From positions 21,231 to 85,230 of the forward strand of contig VXWP01000087.1 in the NCBI GenBank assembly GCA_009835325.1: DNA of 64,000 nt. Direction: 5' to 3'. This stretch comes from Gemmatimonadota bacterium (GTDB lineage Bacteria > JAAXHH01). A program made the translations under genes and the position numbers. The notes beneath the pieces were generated by a model that worked only from the letters and a program-made list of their open reading frames with translations, did no database searches and was not told the origin of the DNA. Shown piece by piece: positions 18,454-28,172 of the stretch (positions are counted from its first letter, which is position 1; each line of letters begins with the position of its first letter).

Positions 18454-19653
18454 CTACATGCCTGCTCCCGAGGTGATCAGTTCCATCTTCTTCTTCTGGA
18501 GTTCGTCTCCCTTGGTAAACAACTCCATCTTCCTGGCATCGTCCGTTTCGATACTGGCCAGTCCGACGTAGGTATCGCCGAGTATATCGTGGCCTTCGAT
18601 ACTGTTCGGCTCTAAAGCCAGCAGCTTGTTCATGCTCTCGACAGCGCCATTGAACGCCGCCGAGGCCGCTTCCACGTTTCCGGCATCCCTGTCGGACAGA
18701 CCCTTGTTGTAGTAGTAAGTTCCCAGGTATCGCAGCAGATCCTGGTCCTCCGGGAGGGCGGCGTGTCCCTTTTCCAACGCTTCGATCGCCATACCCAGGT
18801 TATCCCTGGAGGCCTGGATGGAACTGAGGTCGCGGTACAGCACCTTTTCAGCCGGAAACGCTTCGATCGCCCGCTCGTACGTGGTGATCACGCCGGCCGT
18901 GTCGGCGACTTCGGAGTACGCCTGGCGCATGATGAGGTAGGTGTTGAGATCGACCTCTTCCGACAGTTCGATGATCCTGTCGCAGGCCATGATCGCCTTG
19001 TCCCAGGCCTGGGTGTAGTAGTACACGTTGACCAGGCCGTCCCAGGCTTCGAATCTGTCCGGATCCGCTTCGATGAGCGTCTCGAGGGCCATCCTGGAAT
19101 TTTCATAATCTTCCGAGTTCAGGGCGGCGTAACCCCAGTACAGGTACCCCTGCTGCTTGGCGGCTTCCAATTCGTCCGCCTCCCTGGCCTCGTTCTTCTT
19201 GCCGATGGAGCGCAGTATGTCCTGGAGCAACGAGGTCGCGTTGACGGAGCGGTCGTAGAATTGGGCGGCGTCCGCGTACTTCTCTTGTTCATAGCTTTGC
19301 TGGCCCCTCTGGTAGTTCTGACGGATCATGGAGCCCAGGGTGTTCCTGAACTGTTCCTTGTCCTTCTTGTCCAGGTCATTGAAGGTAACCGCTTCCCAGT
19401 TCTGGAACATCAGGTCGAAGTTGCCCTTGCGGTAATGAATGAGCCCGAGGAGATAGTGGGCGTCGTTGTTGCCCGGGTCCTTCTCCAGGGCGGTCTCGAG
19501 CAGCGCCATGGCCTTGTCGGTCTGAGGCGGGATTTCGCGGATGTAGATCTTCGCGGAACGAAGCTCGATTTTCTGCGCGTCTGCGGCGACCGGTATCAAC
19601 AGGGCGAAGCCGAGGGCAAACAATACGCAGACGGCAACCTTTCTTAAAAACAT
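18454..19653 (-). CDS. secreted tetratricopeptide-repeat protein
   Basis: 399 aa; signal peptide MFLRKVAVCVLFALGFALLIPVAADA, repeated TPR-like A..Y..G/A...A patterns. Confidence 0.7.
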   Translation of the reverse strand: MFLRKVAVCVLFALGFALLIPVAADAQKIELRSAKIYIREIPPQTDKAMALLETALEKDPGNNDAHYLLGLIHYRKGNFDLMFQNWEAVTFNDLDKKDKEQFRNTLGSMIRQNYQRGQQSYEQEKYADAAQFYDRSVNATSLLQDILRSIGKKNEAREADELEAAKQQGYLYWGYAALNSEDYENSRMALETLIEADPDRFEAWDGLVNVYYYTQAWDKAIMACDRIIELSEEVDLNTYLIMRQAYSEVADTAGVITTYERAIEAFPAEKVLYRDLSSIQASRDNLGMAIEALEKGHAALPEDQDLLRYLGTYYYNKGLSDRDAGNVEAASAAFNGAVESMNKLLALEPNSIEGHDILGDTYVGLASIETDDARKMELFTKGDELQKKKMELITSGAGM

Positions 19654-19783
19654 TACGGACTCCTTTCGACAGGTACGCCGATGACACTTATTCGCGGCCT
19701 GCCATGGGTTTGCATCTTCATGATCGCGTCCGGTGAATCCGATGTTGACAGTCTTCTGAAACTAAGTGATACGCACCGGTCCG

Positions 19784-21130
19784 TCAAGGTGATTCGGGCG
19801 TGTCGCGCCGGTAACTGACCCGGCCGCCGGCGATGGTCATGGTAACGCACCCTTCCAGCGTGCGGCCGGTGAAAGGCGAGTTTACGGATCTTGACCTGAA
19901 GGACGCGGGATCCACGGTCCAGGTTCCGTCCGGATCGAAGAGCAGGAGGTCGGCAGGACCGCCGGCAGCCAGGCTGCCACCTTCTATCCCCAGAATGCCC
20001 GCAGGGGATGCGGACAGGACCTTTACGGCGTCGCCCAGGGATAGCAGGCCGGGCCTGACCAGCTCGGTATACACGACGGCCAGCATGGTTTCGAGACCCG
20101 TTGCGCCGGGCAGCGCTTCCTGGAACTCCGTGTTCTTCTCGTCCACGGACCGCGGCGTGTGATCCGAAGCGACGGCGTCGATCGTTCCGTCCGCCAGGCC
20201 CGCGCAAAGCGCCTCCACGTCGGCTTTGCTGCGCAGGGGCGGATTGGTCTTCAGGTGCGTATCGTAGGTTGAAAGGGATTCGTCGGTCAACACCAGGTGG
20301 TGGGGACTGGCATCGGCGGTTACCCGCACGCCCCGCTGCTTCGCCGACCGGATGAGATCCACCGTCACGGCCGTGCTGGCGTGGGTGACGTGGATCCGTC
20401 CGCCCGTCCACTCGGCCAGCATGAGGTCCCGGGCGGCGACGGTTTCTTCCGCGATGGAGGGTATGCCCTTCAGGCCCAACCGGGTGGCGTGGCTTCCTTC
20501 GTGCATGTGTCCGCCGGCAGAGAGCGACGGGTCTTCGCAGTGCACGAAAATGGGCAGGTCGAACATCCGGCTGTATTCGAGGGCCCGGCGCAGGATGGCC
20601 GGATTCCGGATGGACCGGCCGGCATCGGACAGCGCCACGGCACCGGCCTCGGCCAGTTCGCCGGCCTCGGTCAGACGTTCGCCCCGGCGTCCCGCGGTGA
20701 CTGCGGCGATGGGGTGGATCTTCGCCGCCGCGCCGGTCGCCCTTTCCCGTACAAATTCCACCGTGGGCGCGTCGTCGATGACCGGGTCGGTGTCCGGCAT
20801 GCACGCCACGGCGGTGACACCGCCCGCGGCGGCGGCGAGTGCGCCACTCTCCAGGGTCTCCCTGTACTCGAATCCGGGTTCGCAGAGATGGGCGTGCAGA
20901 TCGACCAGGCCCGGCAGGACGAACAGACCGGCCGCATCGATGACCGCGGCGCCTTTCGCCTCGTCGTCCGTCGGCCGGTCGACAATTCTGCCGTCGCGCA
21001 TCCAGAGATCTCCTTGCTCGTCGCGACCGGAAGCGGGGTCGACGATGTGTCCGTTGCGGACCACCGCAAGCCCGGCGACTCCAGTTGCGCCGCCGATAGT
21101 ATCCGGTCCGTCAGGCCGCATCGCGCTCAC
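19784..21130 (-). CDS. pyrC: dihydroorotase
   Basis: 448 aa; VDLHAHLCEPGFEYRETLESGALAAAAGGVTAV, amidohydrolase fold; follows pyrB with a 20-nt overlap. Confidence 0.9.
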   Translation of the reverse strand: MSAMRPDGPDTIGGATGVAGLAVVRNGHIVDPASGRDEQGDLWMRDGRIVDRPTDDEAKGAAVIDAAGLFVLPGLVDLHAHLCEPGFEYRETLESGALAAAAGGVTAVACMPDTDPVIDDAPTVEFVRERATGAAAKIHPIAAVTAGRRGERLTEAGELAEAGAVALSDAGRSIRNPAILRRALEYSRMFDLPIFVHCEDPSLSAGGHMHEGSHATRLGLKGIPSIAEETVAARDLMLAEWTGGRIHVTHASTAVTVDLIRSAKQRGVRVTADASPHHLVLTDESLSTYDTHLKTNPPLRSKADVEALCAGLADGTIDAVASDHTPRSVDEKNTEFQEALPGATGLETMLAVVYTELVRPGLLSLGDAVKVLSASPAGILGIEGGSLAAGGPADLLLFDPDGTWTVDPASFRSRSVNSPFTGRTLEGCVTMTIAGGRVSYRRDTPESP

Positions 21131-22067
21131 CTCCGCCGTTGAGGAGATAGAGGACCGCCATGCGCACCGCGACGCCGTTGGTCACCTGGTCCAGAATGAC
21201 CGATCTCCCGCTGTCCGCCACGCGGCTGTCGAGTTCCACGCCGCGGTTGATGGGGCCGGGGTGCATGACGATGGCTTCGGGTTTGGCGAGTTCCAGCCGT
21301 TCGGGGTCGATGCCGAACAGGCGCGTGTACTCGCGCTGGGACGGGAAGAAGGCTTCCTGTTGCCGTTCGAGCTGTATCCGCAGGGCGTAGATTACGTCGG
21401 CGTCGCGGAGGGCGTCGCCGATCCGGTAGCTGACCTCCACGCCCATCTCCTCGATGTCGACGGGAATCAGCGTGGGCGGCCCGCATACGACCACGTCGGC
21501 GCCCATTTTCCGGAGTCCCCAGATATTGGAGCGCGCCACCCGGCTGTGGGCGATATCGCCGATAAGCGCCACCTTCAGGCCCTCCAGCCGGCCCAGGGCG
21601 TCCCGCATGGTCAGGAGGTCCAGCAACCCCTGCGTGGGATGTTCGTGGGCGCCGTCGCCCGCGTTGATGACGACCGCGCTCGACAGGCACTGCGAGAGGA
21701 AGAGGGGCGCGCCGGCGGCGGCATGGCGCACCACCACGCAGTCCACCTGCATGGCTTCGATGTTCCGCGCCGTGTCGCTCAGGGATTCTCCCTTGGACAC
21801 GCTGCTGCCGGTGGACGCGAAGTTCAGGGTGTCTGCGGAGAGTTGCTTCTCGGCGAGTTCGAAGGAAAGCCGCGTGCGGGTGCTCGATTCGAAGAAGAGG
21901 TTTACGACGTTCTTCCCGCGGAGGGCGGGGACCTTGCGGATGGGCCGCCGGATCACTTCCTTGAAGGAGTCCGCCGTATCCAGGATCAGTCCGATCTCCT
22001 CGCGGGCGTAGTCCTCGAGGCCGATCAGGTGTCGGTGGCGCAGCGTTCGGAGCCGGTTCTTCGCCAT
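21111..22067 (-). CDS. pyrB: aspartate carbamoyltransferase catalytic subunit
   Basis: 318 aa; FFESSTRTRLSFELA and HPTQGLLD motifs. Confidence 0.95.
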   Translation of the reverse strand: MAKNRLRTLRHRHLIGLEDYAREEIGLILDTADSFKEVIRRPIRKVPALRGKNVVNLFFESSTRTRLSFELAEKQLSADTLNFASTGSSVSKGESLSDTARNIEAMQVDCVVVRHAAAGAPLFLSQCLSSAVVINAGDGAHEHPTQGLLDLLTMRDALGRLEGLKVALIGDIAHSRVARSNIWGLRKMGADVVVCGPPTLIPVDIEEMGVEVSYRIGDALRDADVIYALRIQLERQQEAFFPSQREYTRLFGIDPERLELAKPEAIVMHPGPINRGVELDSRVADSGRSVILDQVTNGVAVRMAVLYLLNGGGERDAA

Positions 22068-22600
22068 CAGGCCACCTCCTCCACCGCGACGTTGTCGTCC
22101 CGGTCCAGCTCATGGACGTGGACGACGACGGTCCGGCCGGGGCCCACTTCGATGGTCTCCCCGATGTAATCCGCCTGGATGGGCAGTTCCCTTCCCTCCC
22201 GGTCGATCAGGACGGCGAGTTCGATCCGCCTTGCCCGGCCGAAATCCTTAAGCTCGTCCAGCGCCGCGCGGATCGTACGGCCCGTGTACAGGACGTCGTC
22301 CACCAGGATGACGGTGCGCCCCTCGATGTCGAAGGGGATGTCGGTCGTGCGGACGACGGGGTAGTCCGCGCGGACCTGGAGGTCGTCGCGGTACAGATTG
22401 ATGTCCAGCACGCCCACGGGTACGGCCGTGTCTTCCGCCTCCCGTATGGCCTCGGCCAGCCGCCGCGCCAGCCAGTCGCCCCGCCGCTGGATACCCACGA
22501 TGGCGATGCCGGAAGCGCCCTGGTTGCGTTCCAGGATCTGGCGGGCGATACGGGACAGCGCCCGGGCGATGCCTTCCCTGTCGAGGACCTGCTCGCTCAT
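22067..22600 (-). CDS. pyrR: bifunctional pyr regulator/uracil phosphoribosyltransferase PyrR
   Basis: 177 aa from MSEQVLDREGIARALSRIARQILE...; PRPP loop VILVDDVLYTGRTIRAAL. Track ORF 22067..22978 has a spurious N-terminal extension. Confidence 0.9.
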   Translation of the reverse strand: MSEQVLDREGIARALSRIARQILERNQGASGIAIVGIQRRGDWLARRLAEAIREAEDTAVPVGVLDINLYRDDLQVRADYPVVRTTDIPFDIEGRTVILVDDVLYTGRTIRAALDELKDFGRARRIELAVLIDREGRELPIQADYIGETIEVGPGRTVVVHVHELDRDDNVAVEEVA

Positions 22601-23547
22601 CCGGCCGCCCTTCCCTCCGCCGAGTCCGGCGCTGTTTCGGCCGCCCCCTCGCGCGGAGCGTCCGCCGCGTCCTGTGCCGTTCCGGCCGCTCCCTCGCGCG
22701 CGGCACTCGGCGTCCCGTCGCCCGTCGCGCCCGCCGCCGACCAGGCCGCCTTCAGCGTCTCCAGGCTCTTCCGGGCGATGTGCTCCGCGCCGTATGAATA
22801 GTCGAACACCTCCACCGAACCGTATCCGTCGTAGCCGGTTTCCCGGAGCGCTCGCAGTATGGGGACGAAATCGGTATCTCCGAACCCAGGTCCGTTGCCG
22901 CTGGCGTCGTTGAAATGGATGTACGCAGTGATATCCCGGTGTTCGTGGATGGCCGCCGCGACGTCCAGCCCCTGGCACAGGGTCGCCCGGACGTCGATGA
23001 TCAGGCGGAAATTGGGATGGTCGATCTCACGGACCATCCGCGCGGCTTCGGCCGGAGTGTTGATGAAGTTGGTCTGGGCGGCGTCCAGGGGCTCGAGGCA
23101 GATAGTGACCCCGTATTCCTCCGCCGTGGGCAGGCACTCCAGGTACGCCTGGCGGGTCCGGTCCCAGGTCGCCTCGTAGGTCTGCTCCGGCAGCACGTTG
23201 CGTTGCTTCGGCGAACCGGCCACCATGACCCGTCCGCCGATGTCGCCGCAGAACCGGATCAGGTCGCAGAGGTACAAGCGGGTGCAGTACCGGATACCGT
23301 CGTCGGGGTGGTTGAGGTAGAGGCCTTCCGGGCTGAGGAGGAGCCAGTGCAGCCCGGTGATTTCGAGGCCGTATTCCGCCGCGTCGTCGCGTATCGCCTT
23401 CCGGGCGTCCTGACCGACCTCGTTCACCGACCGCGCCACCGTGAAGGGCGCGATCTCCACGCCGTCATATCCGATCTCAGCGGCGGTGCTGAAGATCCGC
23501 CGGAGGGGAACGTCCCGGAACATCTCGTTGCAGAAGGCGAACTTCAT
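22597..23547 (-). CDS. sugar phosphate isomerase/epimerase (xylose-isomerase-like TIM barrel) with repetitive Ala-rich tail
   Basis: MKFAFCNEMFRDVPLRRIFSTAAEIGYDGVEIAPF...; start overlaps the stop of the upstream 1542-aa gene (ATGA); tail overlaps the pyrR start. Confidence 0.75.
   Translation of the reverse strand: MKFAFCNEMFRDVPLRRIFSTAAEIGYDGVEIAPFTVARSVNEVGQDARKAIRDDAAEYGLEITGLHWLLLSPEGLYLNHPDDGIRYCTRLYLCDLIRFCGDIGGRVMVAGSPKQRNVLPEQTYEATWDRTRQAYLECLPTAEEYGVTICLEPLDAAQTNFINTPAEAARMVREIDHPNFRLIIDVRATLCQGLDVAAAIHEHRDITAYIHFNDASGNGPGFGDTDFVPILRALRETGYDGYGSVEVFDYSYGAEHIARKSLETLKAAWSAAGATGDGTPSAAREGAAGTAQDAADAPREGAAETAPDSAEGRAAG
22634..22703. repeat. about 45-bp-period in-frame duplication forming the TIM-barrel protein tail
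   Basis: gtttcggccgccccctcgcgcgg versus gttccggccgctccctcgcgcgcgg; protein REGAAGTAQDAADAP / REGAAETAPDSAEG. Confidence 0.7.
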
Positions 23548-26500
23548 ACGGGTTGTCCCGCCTCTTCCATCCTTTCCGTCATTTCCCGGCCGGTCGCGGC
23601 GTATTGGTTCTTGAGATCCTGCGGGAGGGTGCGCCAGACCAGGAAGCGCTTGCGCAGCACGCTCAGGAAGCGCCGGTTGATGCGCTGCCAGGACGCCACG
23701 TCGCCGCTCTCGCGGTGGATGTCCACCCATACGGCGTAGAGATCTCTTTCATTCTCCGCCGGCGCGGCGCTGAGCGAGACCTTCTGGCTGATGCCCAGGT
23801 CGTAGGGGGCGAGCCAGGTCATCATCGAGATATGGTACATGGGCTGGTCCGTCGCGCCTTCCACGGCCGTCAGCTGGACGTTCTCCGTGACGAAGGCGCC
23901 CAGGGAACCCTCCTCGTAGGATTCGAAGACCCGCGTGAGATAGGCGTACATGCCCAGCACCTCGACGCTGCCGATGGTGAAGGGGAAATCGAAGCTCCAG
24001 TCGTCCCCGTCGGGCTCGGGGAACTTCCACTCCCGGCCCACGTCGGGCACGGCCATGTCCGCCGCCTTCTTGGCCGGGTAGGCCGTCGACAGGAACACCG
24101 TGGCCATGACCACGACCACAGACCAGACAGCCGACAGGGAGGAATAGTTCAGCGACAGGCCGGCGAGGATGTCGTAATTCGACAGCACGAGGGTGATGGT
24201 CTGTCCCCCCAGGTAGCCCAGCACGGCGCCCACCGTGGCGAATACGGAGGACTCGGCCAGGAACAGCGCCGCGATGTGGCTCGGCGCCAGGCCGACCGAA
24301 CTGTAGACGCCGATTTCCCGGAAGCGCTCGTGGACCGCGCCCATCATCGTGTTCAGCACGATCATGGCGGCGACGAGGATGGGAATGAGGAAGTTGCCGA
24401 GACCCCCGATGGAGGTGGAACCGATGGAACTGTAGACGTTGACCGTGCCGTCCTTCCCCACGAACATGGTCATGGCGACCCTGGACAGGAAGTCCTCGAT
24501 ATCGCGGTCGAAGTCGGGGTTCGGCTGTCCGCTTTCGTCCACGAAGTCCGTGATGGCGACCGAATACATCTTCCCGTCGAGGTCCATGACCGTCTCGTAC
24601 GGCAGGATCATGACGTTGTTGGACTCGAGATGGATGAAGGCCTCCGGCGGCGACTCGGCCTGCAGCCGCGGGTCCTCGCCGATGCGCTGGGCGATCTTGC
24701 CCTTTTCCTGGACCAGGTCGACCGGCGTGAGCTTCTCGTCGTCCAGGTCCTTGAGCTGGTTGAACCTCCTGGAATCGATCACACCGACGACCTGCAGCTT
24801 CATGCCGAACATGTCGATGTAGGCGGAACCGGCGTCTTCGGGTCTGATGCCCACCACCGCGGCCACGTCGTCGGGAAGGATGGCCGCGTCCCGTTCACCG
24901 GGCTCGAACCACCTGCCGCCGAGGAGGTATTCGTCGAGGCGGGTCGCCCTGGGCTCGTCCGGCGTCAAGCCCAGAATACTGTTCACGTAGCTTTCGTGGG
25001 ACGACCGGGGCGAGGAGAAGGAGAAGAATCCCTTTTCGCCCTTGACCTGGGACATGTACCAGGCCCGCGGAATCAGCGTGGCCTTATCCTCGAAGGTGCT
25101 CTTGAGATAGTCGTAGACGGAGGGCTGCAGCCCTTTCCAGTTACGGTCCCGGACCAGCGTCCCCTCGTAGGCCGGTTCGTTGTACCGCTCCAGCTTGTAG
25201 TACCTTAAGGACGTGGTGATGGAAGTAAAGGACAGCACGGTGAAGGTCAGCAGCGTGATGGTCGCCGCCGTGAGGGCCGTGCGGATCTTCCGCTTGCGCA
25301 GGTTGGATACCCCCAGCGACAGGGCGACGGCCGTGGCGCTCAACCGGCCGATGTCGGCCTCGTGCATGCCGGTCTGCGCCCGCTTGATCTTCTGGACTTC
25401 CTGGTTGAACTTGGACAGGACGATGATGAGCACGGTCGTCCCCAGCGCGAAGATGACGAAGGCCAGGAAGATCACGTAGGGCGAGGTGCTGAGCTTGAAG
25501 GCGGGATGCACCTGCTGCAGCACGAGGAAGACCGCGATGAAGAAGGCGGCGAAACCGAAGATCCGCTTGTTGATCGTCGGAAACCCGAAGACCAGGCGCT
25601 CCATGAAGAAGGAAAAGGGGATGAGCAATATGAAATAGAAGATCACGCCCTTGACCGTGTCGTCCGCCGTGGACTTGACCTCCGGATAGCCTCGGGCTTC
25701 GAGCCCCCAGGCTTCCCGAGACTTGGAAATGAAAGCGTCGTATTCCCGGTTTGCCAGGTGCTCCTCCGCCTCGAGGAGCGTGACGCGCGCCTGTTCGTGC
25801 AGCTGCTCGATGCGCTGGTTCTCCACGCCGAAGCGCGCGAGTTGCTTGAGCCTCACGTCATCCACGACCCACATGTCCCGTGTGCCCTGGTAGGACGGAT
25901 TCACGATGAGGCCCATATCGACCGGGTAGCCCTGGCCCTGGGCCTCTTCCAGCAGTTCCAGGGTCACCTCGTTCGGCTCGACGGGGTCCTTCAGGAAGGT
26001 ATCCGGCGCATTGGTCAGCAGGTATTTGACGCCGAAGAGACTGGTGCTCATGAGCAGTTTGACGTGCTGGCCCGGCTTGGCGAAGACGACGGCCGCGGGC
26101 ACGGTTCGGCCCTCCGATCCGCTTTGCTTTTCTATGTAACTGTGGCCGTACCACTGGGGTTCGGCATCGTTCTGCGCCAGGACGGTCAGCTGGTCCAGCG
26201 CCGTGAGGTAACGGGAGTCGATGATCTCGTACACGTCGAGGGCCTGGGCCCGGAACACGATCTGCAGGGTGGTATTCTCATTCGCGCCGCTCGCGGCGTC
26301 CAGCGGGAAGGTCTTGTCGCCCTCCTGGCCCAGGTCGGGCGCGTAGATGATCTCGCCGTCCTCGTCCAGCGCGTACGTCCGCAACTTGATCGGCCCCTTC
26401 TGCTGTTTCAGCGGACGGAATTCGAAGCGTCCCAGGGAATCGGCCTTGGTGATGAGGATGCCGCGCACGCCTGTATTGGTCAGCCCCTTGTAATAGGTGA

Positions 26501-28172
26501 CCAGCGCGCCGGGGATGGGCTTCTTGGGCACGAAGAAATTGACGTCCCGGTCGAACTCGTAGACCGTGCCCGACAAGTCGTGTGCCGTGTCCTGGATCTT
26601 GAGCTTGGTCTCTTCGAAGAGCTCGCCGTCGGTGGTGGCCCGGGCGAGCATGACCGCGAGCGACCGCGCCTGCTCGGTGACATTGGCGATGTTGACCGAT
26701 TCGAAGCGGTCGTTGGGCGTGTCCACCAGGCCCCGCGTCCCGTTCGGCGTGACGAAGGACATGCCCTTCTTGCCCATGTAGGTGACGGCCTCGCTGTCCA
26801 GCCCGATCTTGACGGGCATGAAGTCCTTCCAGGTCCGCTGCGGCGGCACGATGGCGTTGACATACCGGGCCGAATCGGCGCCGGCGCCGAAGGCTTCCTG
26901 GATATAGCTTGCGAATTTCCGCGAATAGGGGGCGAAGATGTTTTTGATGTAGTGGTTGGTCGCCCAGGCGGCGTTGTCGAAGGTGCCGAAGGCGAAGCTG
27001 CCGACGCGGGACTCGTGGCTGGAGAGGTCGATGCCGAAGAACATGTCGAAATCGATCTTTTCCGCCTCGGGGATCCTCGACATGAAGTAACCACTCGCCC
27101 GGCCGTGCCGGTACAGCCAGTTGTGCGCGCCTTCCAGGCCGATGAAGTGGGCGGAAGTGGCCAGGATGACCACGGAGTACTTCGGGTTATAGCGCTTGAC
27201 CGCCTGGGCGACCTCGAGCAGCGCGGCGACGCCCGTGGCGCTTTCGGCACCGGGCGCGACGCCCGGGACTACCGACATGGCGTCGTAGAAGGACGAAATG
27301 ACGATCGTGTAGTCTTTCCACTTCGTGCGGGTCTCGTCCCTGGCGTTCGGCATTTCCTCGTCGAGGCCGGGTATCCACCCGAAGATGTTCTTCCCTTCCA
27401 CCACCTCCCAGTCCATGCGGGCCTGGACGTTCACCTGGTTCGTACCCGGTTCGGCCAGGGCCATCAGGCCGGGCGCGTGCGCCTTATCGACCCAGTAACG
27501 GGGCACATTGAGCGGAAGCCCCATGAATTTGAGTTCCGCCTCACTCCGGGTCACCCGCCCGTTGTCGAAGAAGATAACCGCGCTGGCGCCGAGCATCCGT
27601 GCATTGATGAAACGGTCCTGGGAGTCGAAGTCCATGAGCACGACACTGCCCTGCATCTCGTACCCGTTGAAGTCGGCGAATTCCCCCTTGCCGCCGTAGA
27701 CGATCGGACCGGAAATACCCTCGCCGGGCGTGGTGGGCGTGCGCACGTGGTTGGGCCAGAGGGCATGGAGGGGAATCTCCTCGCCCGTCTCCATCACCGT
27801 CAGTTTCGATCCCTTGTCGATGGGTACCGTGACCGGGAACGTCTCGGTCCGGATGTCCTGCAGGCCGATCTCTTCGAACTGATCCCGTACGTACGCGTAG
27901 GCCGAATCGGCGCCGGCGTAGCCCACCACCCGGGAAGGATGGGAGGACAGGGTACGCACCGTGTTTTCGATCGACTCCGCGCTGACCGACTCCAGGGCTT
28001 CCTCGAGGTCGCGGTCGTGGCCCAGGAAAGGCTGAACCTCCTGAGGTTCCGGCAGCGAGATCAGCTTCATCAGGATATTTTCGGTAATATCCTCGGGATG
28101 GAAGATGGTGACCGAGGACAGCATCAGCACCGCGATGGTGATGCCTATGCCCGTTTTTATCTTCGACCACAT
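23544..28172 (-). CDS. 1542-aa fusion: N-terminal anchor, M28/PA (GCPII/transferrin-receptor-like) ectodomain, MacB/FtsX-type permease module, unknown C-terminal domain
   Basis: PA-like insert GPIVYGGKGEFADFNGYEMQGSVVLMDF...GASAVIFFDNG. M28-like core ISSFYDAMSVVPGVAPGAESATGVAALLEVAQ...ILATSAHFIGLEGA. MacB-type TM1 LRKRKIRTALTAATITLLTFTVLSF. FtsX motif MGAVHERFREIGVYSSVGLAPSHIAALFLAES. Confidence 0.8.
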   Translation of the reverse strand: MWSKIKTGIGITIAVLMLSSVTIFHPEDITENILMKLISLPEPQEVQPFLGHDRDLEEALESVSAESIENTVRTLSSHPSRVVGYAGADSAYAYVRDQFEEIGLQDIRTETFPVTVPIDKGSKLTVMETGEEIPLHALWPNHVRTPTTPGEGISGPIVYGGKGEFADFNGYEMQGSVVLMDFDSQDRFINARMLGASAVIFFDNGRVTRSEAELKFMGLPLNVPRYWVDKAHAPGLMALAEPGTNQVNVQARMDWEVVEGKNIFGWIPGLDEEMPNARDETRTKWKDYTIVISSFYDAMSVVPGVAPGAESATGVAALLEVAQAVKRYNPKYSVVILATSAHFIGLEGAHNWLYRHGRASGYFMSRIPEAEKIDFDMFFGIDLSSHESRVGSFAFGTFDNAAWATNHYIKNIFAPYSRKFASYIQEAFGAGADSARYVNAIVPPQRTWKDFMPVKIGLDSEAVTYMGKKGMSFVTPNGTRGLVDTPNDRFESVNIANVTEQARSLAVMLARATTDGELFEETKLKIQDTAHDLSGTVYEFDRDVNFFVPKKPIPGALVTYYKGLTNTGVRGILITKADSLGRFEFRPLKQQKGPIKLRTYALDEDGEIIYAPDLGQEGDKTFPLDAASGANENTTLQIVFRAQALDVYEIIDSRYLTALDQLTVLAQNDAEPQWYGHSYIEKQSGSEGRTVPAAVVFAKPGQHVKLLMSTSLFGVKYLLTNAPDTFLKDPVEPNEVTLELLEEAQGQGYPVDMGLIVNPSYQGTRDMWVVDDVRLKQLARFGVENQRIEQLHEQARVTLLEAEEHLANREYDAFISKSREAWGLEARGYPEVKSTADDTVKGVIFYFILLIPFSFFMERLVFGFPTINKRIFGFAAFFIAVFLVLQQVHPAFKLSTSPYVIFLAFVIFALGTTVLIIVLSKFNQEVQKIKRAQTGMHEADIGRLSATAVALSLGVSNLRKRKIRTALTAATITLLTFTVLSFTSITTSLRYYKLERYNEPAYEGTLVRDRNWKGLQPSVYDYLKSTFEDKATLIPRAWYMSQVKGEKGFFSFSSPRSSHESYVNSILGLTPDEPRATRLDEYLLGGRWFEPGERDAAILPDDVAAVVGIRPEDAGSAYIDMFGMKLQVVGVIDSRRFNQLKDLDDEKLTPVDLVQEKGKIAQRIGEDPRLQAESPPEAFIHLESNNVMILPYETVMDLDGKMYSVAITDFVDESGQPNPDFDRDIEDFLSRVAMTMFVGKDGTVNVYSSIGSTSIGGLGNFLIPILVAAMIVLNTMMGAVHERFREIGVYSSVGLAPSHIAALFLAESSVFATVGAVLGYLGGQTITLVLSNYDILAGLSLNYSSLSAVWSVVVVMATVFLSTAYPAKKAADMAVPDVGREWKFPEPDGDDWSFDFPFTIGSVEVLGMYAYLTRVFESYEEGSLGAFVTENVQLTAVEGATDQPMYHISMMTWLAPYDLGISQKVSLSAAPAENERDLYAVWVDIHRESGDVASWQRINRRFLSVLRKRFLVWRTLPQDLKNQYAATGREMTERMEEAGQPV

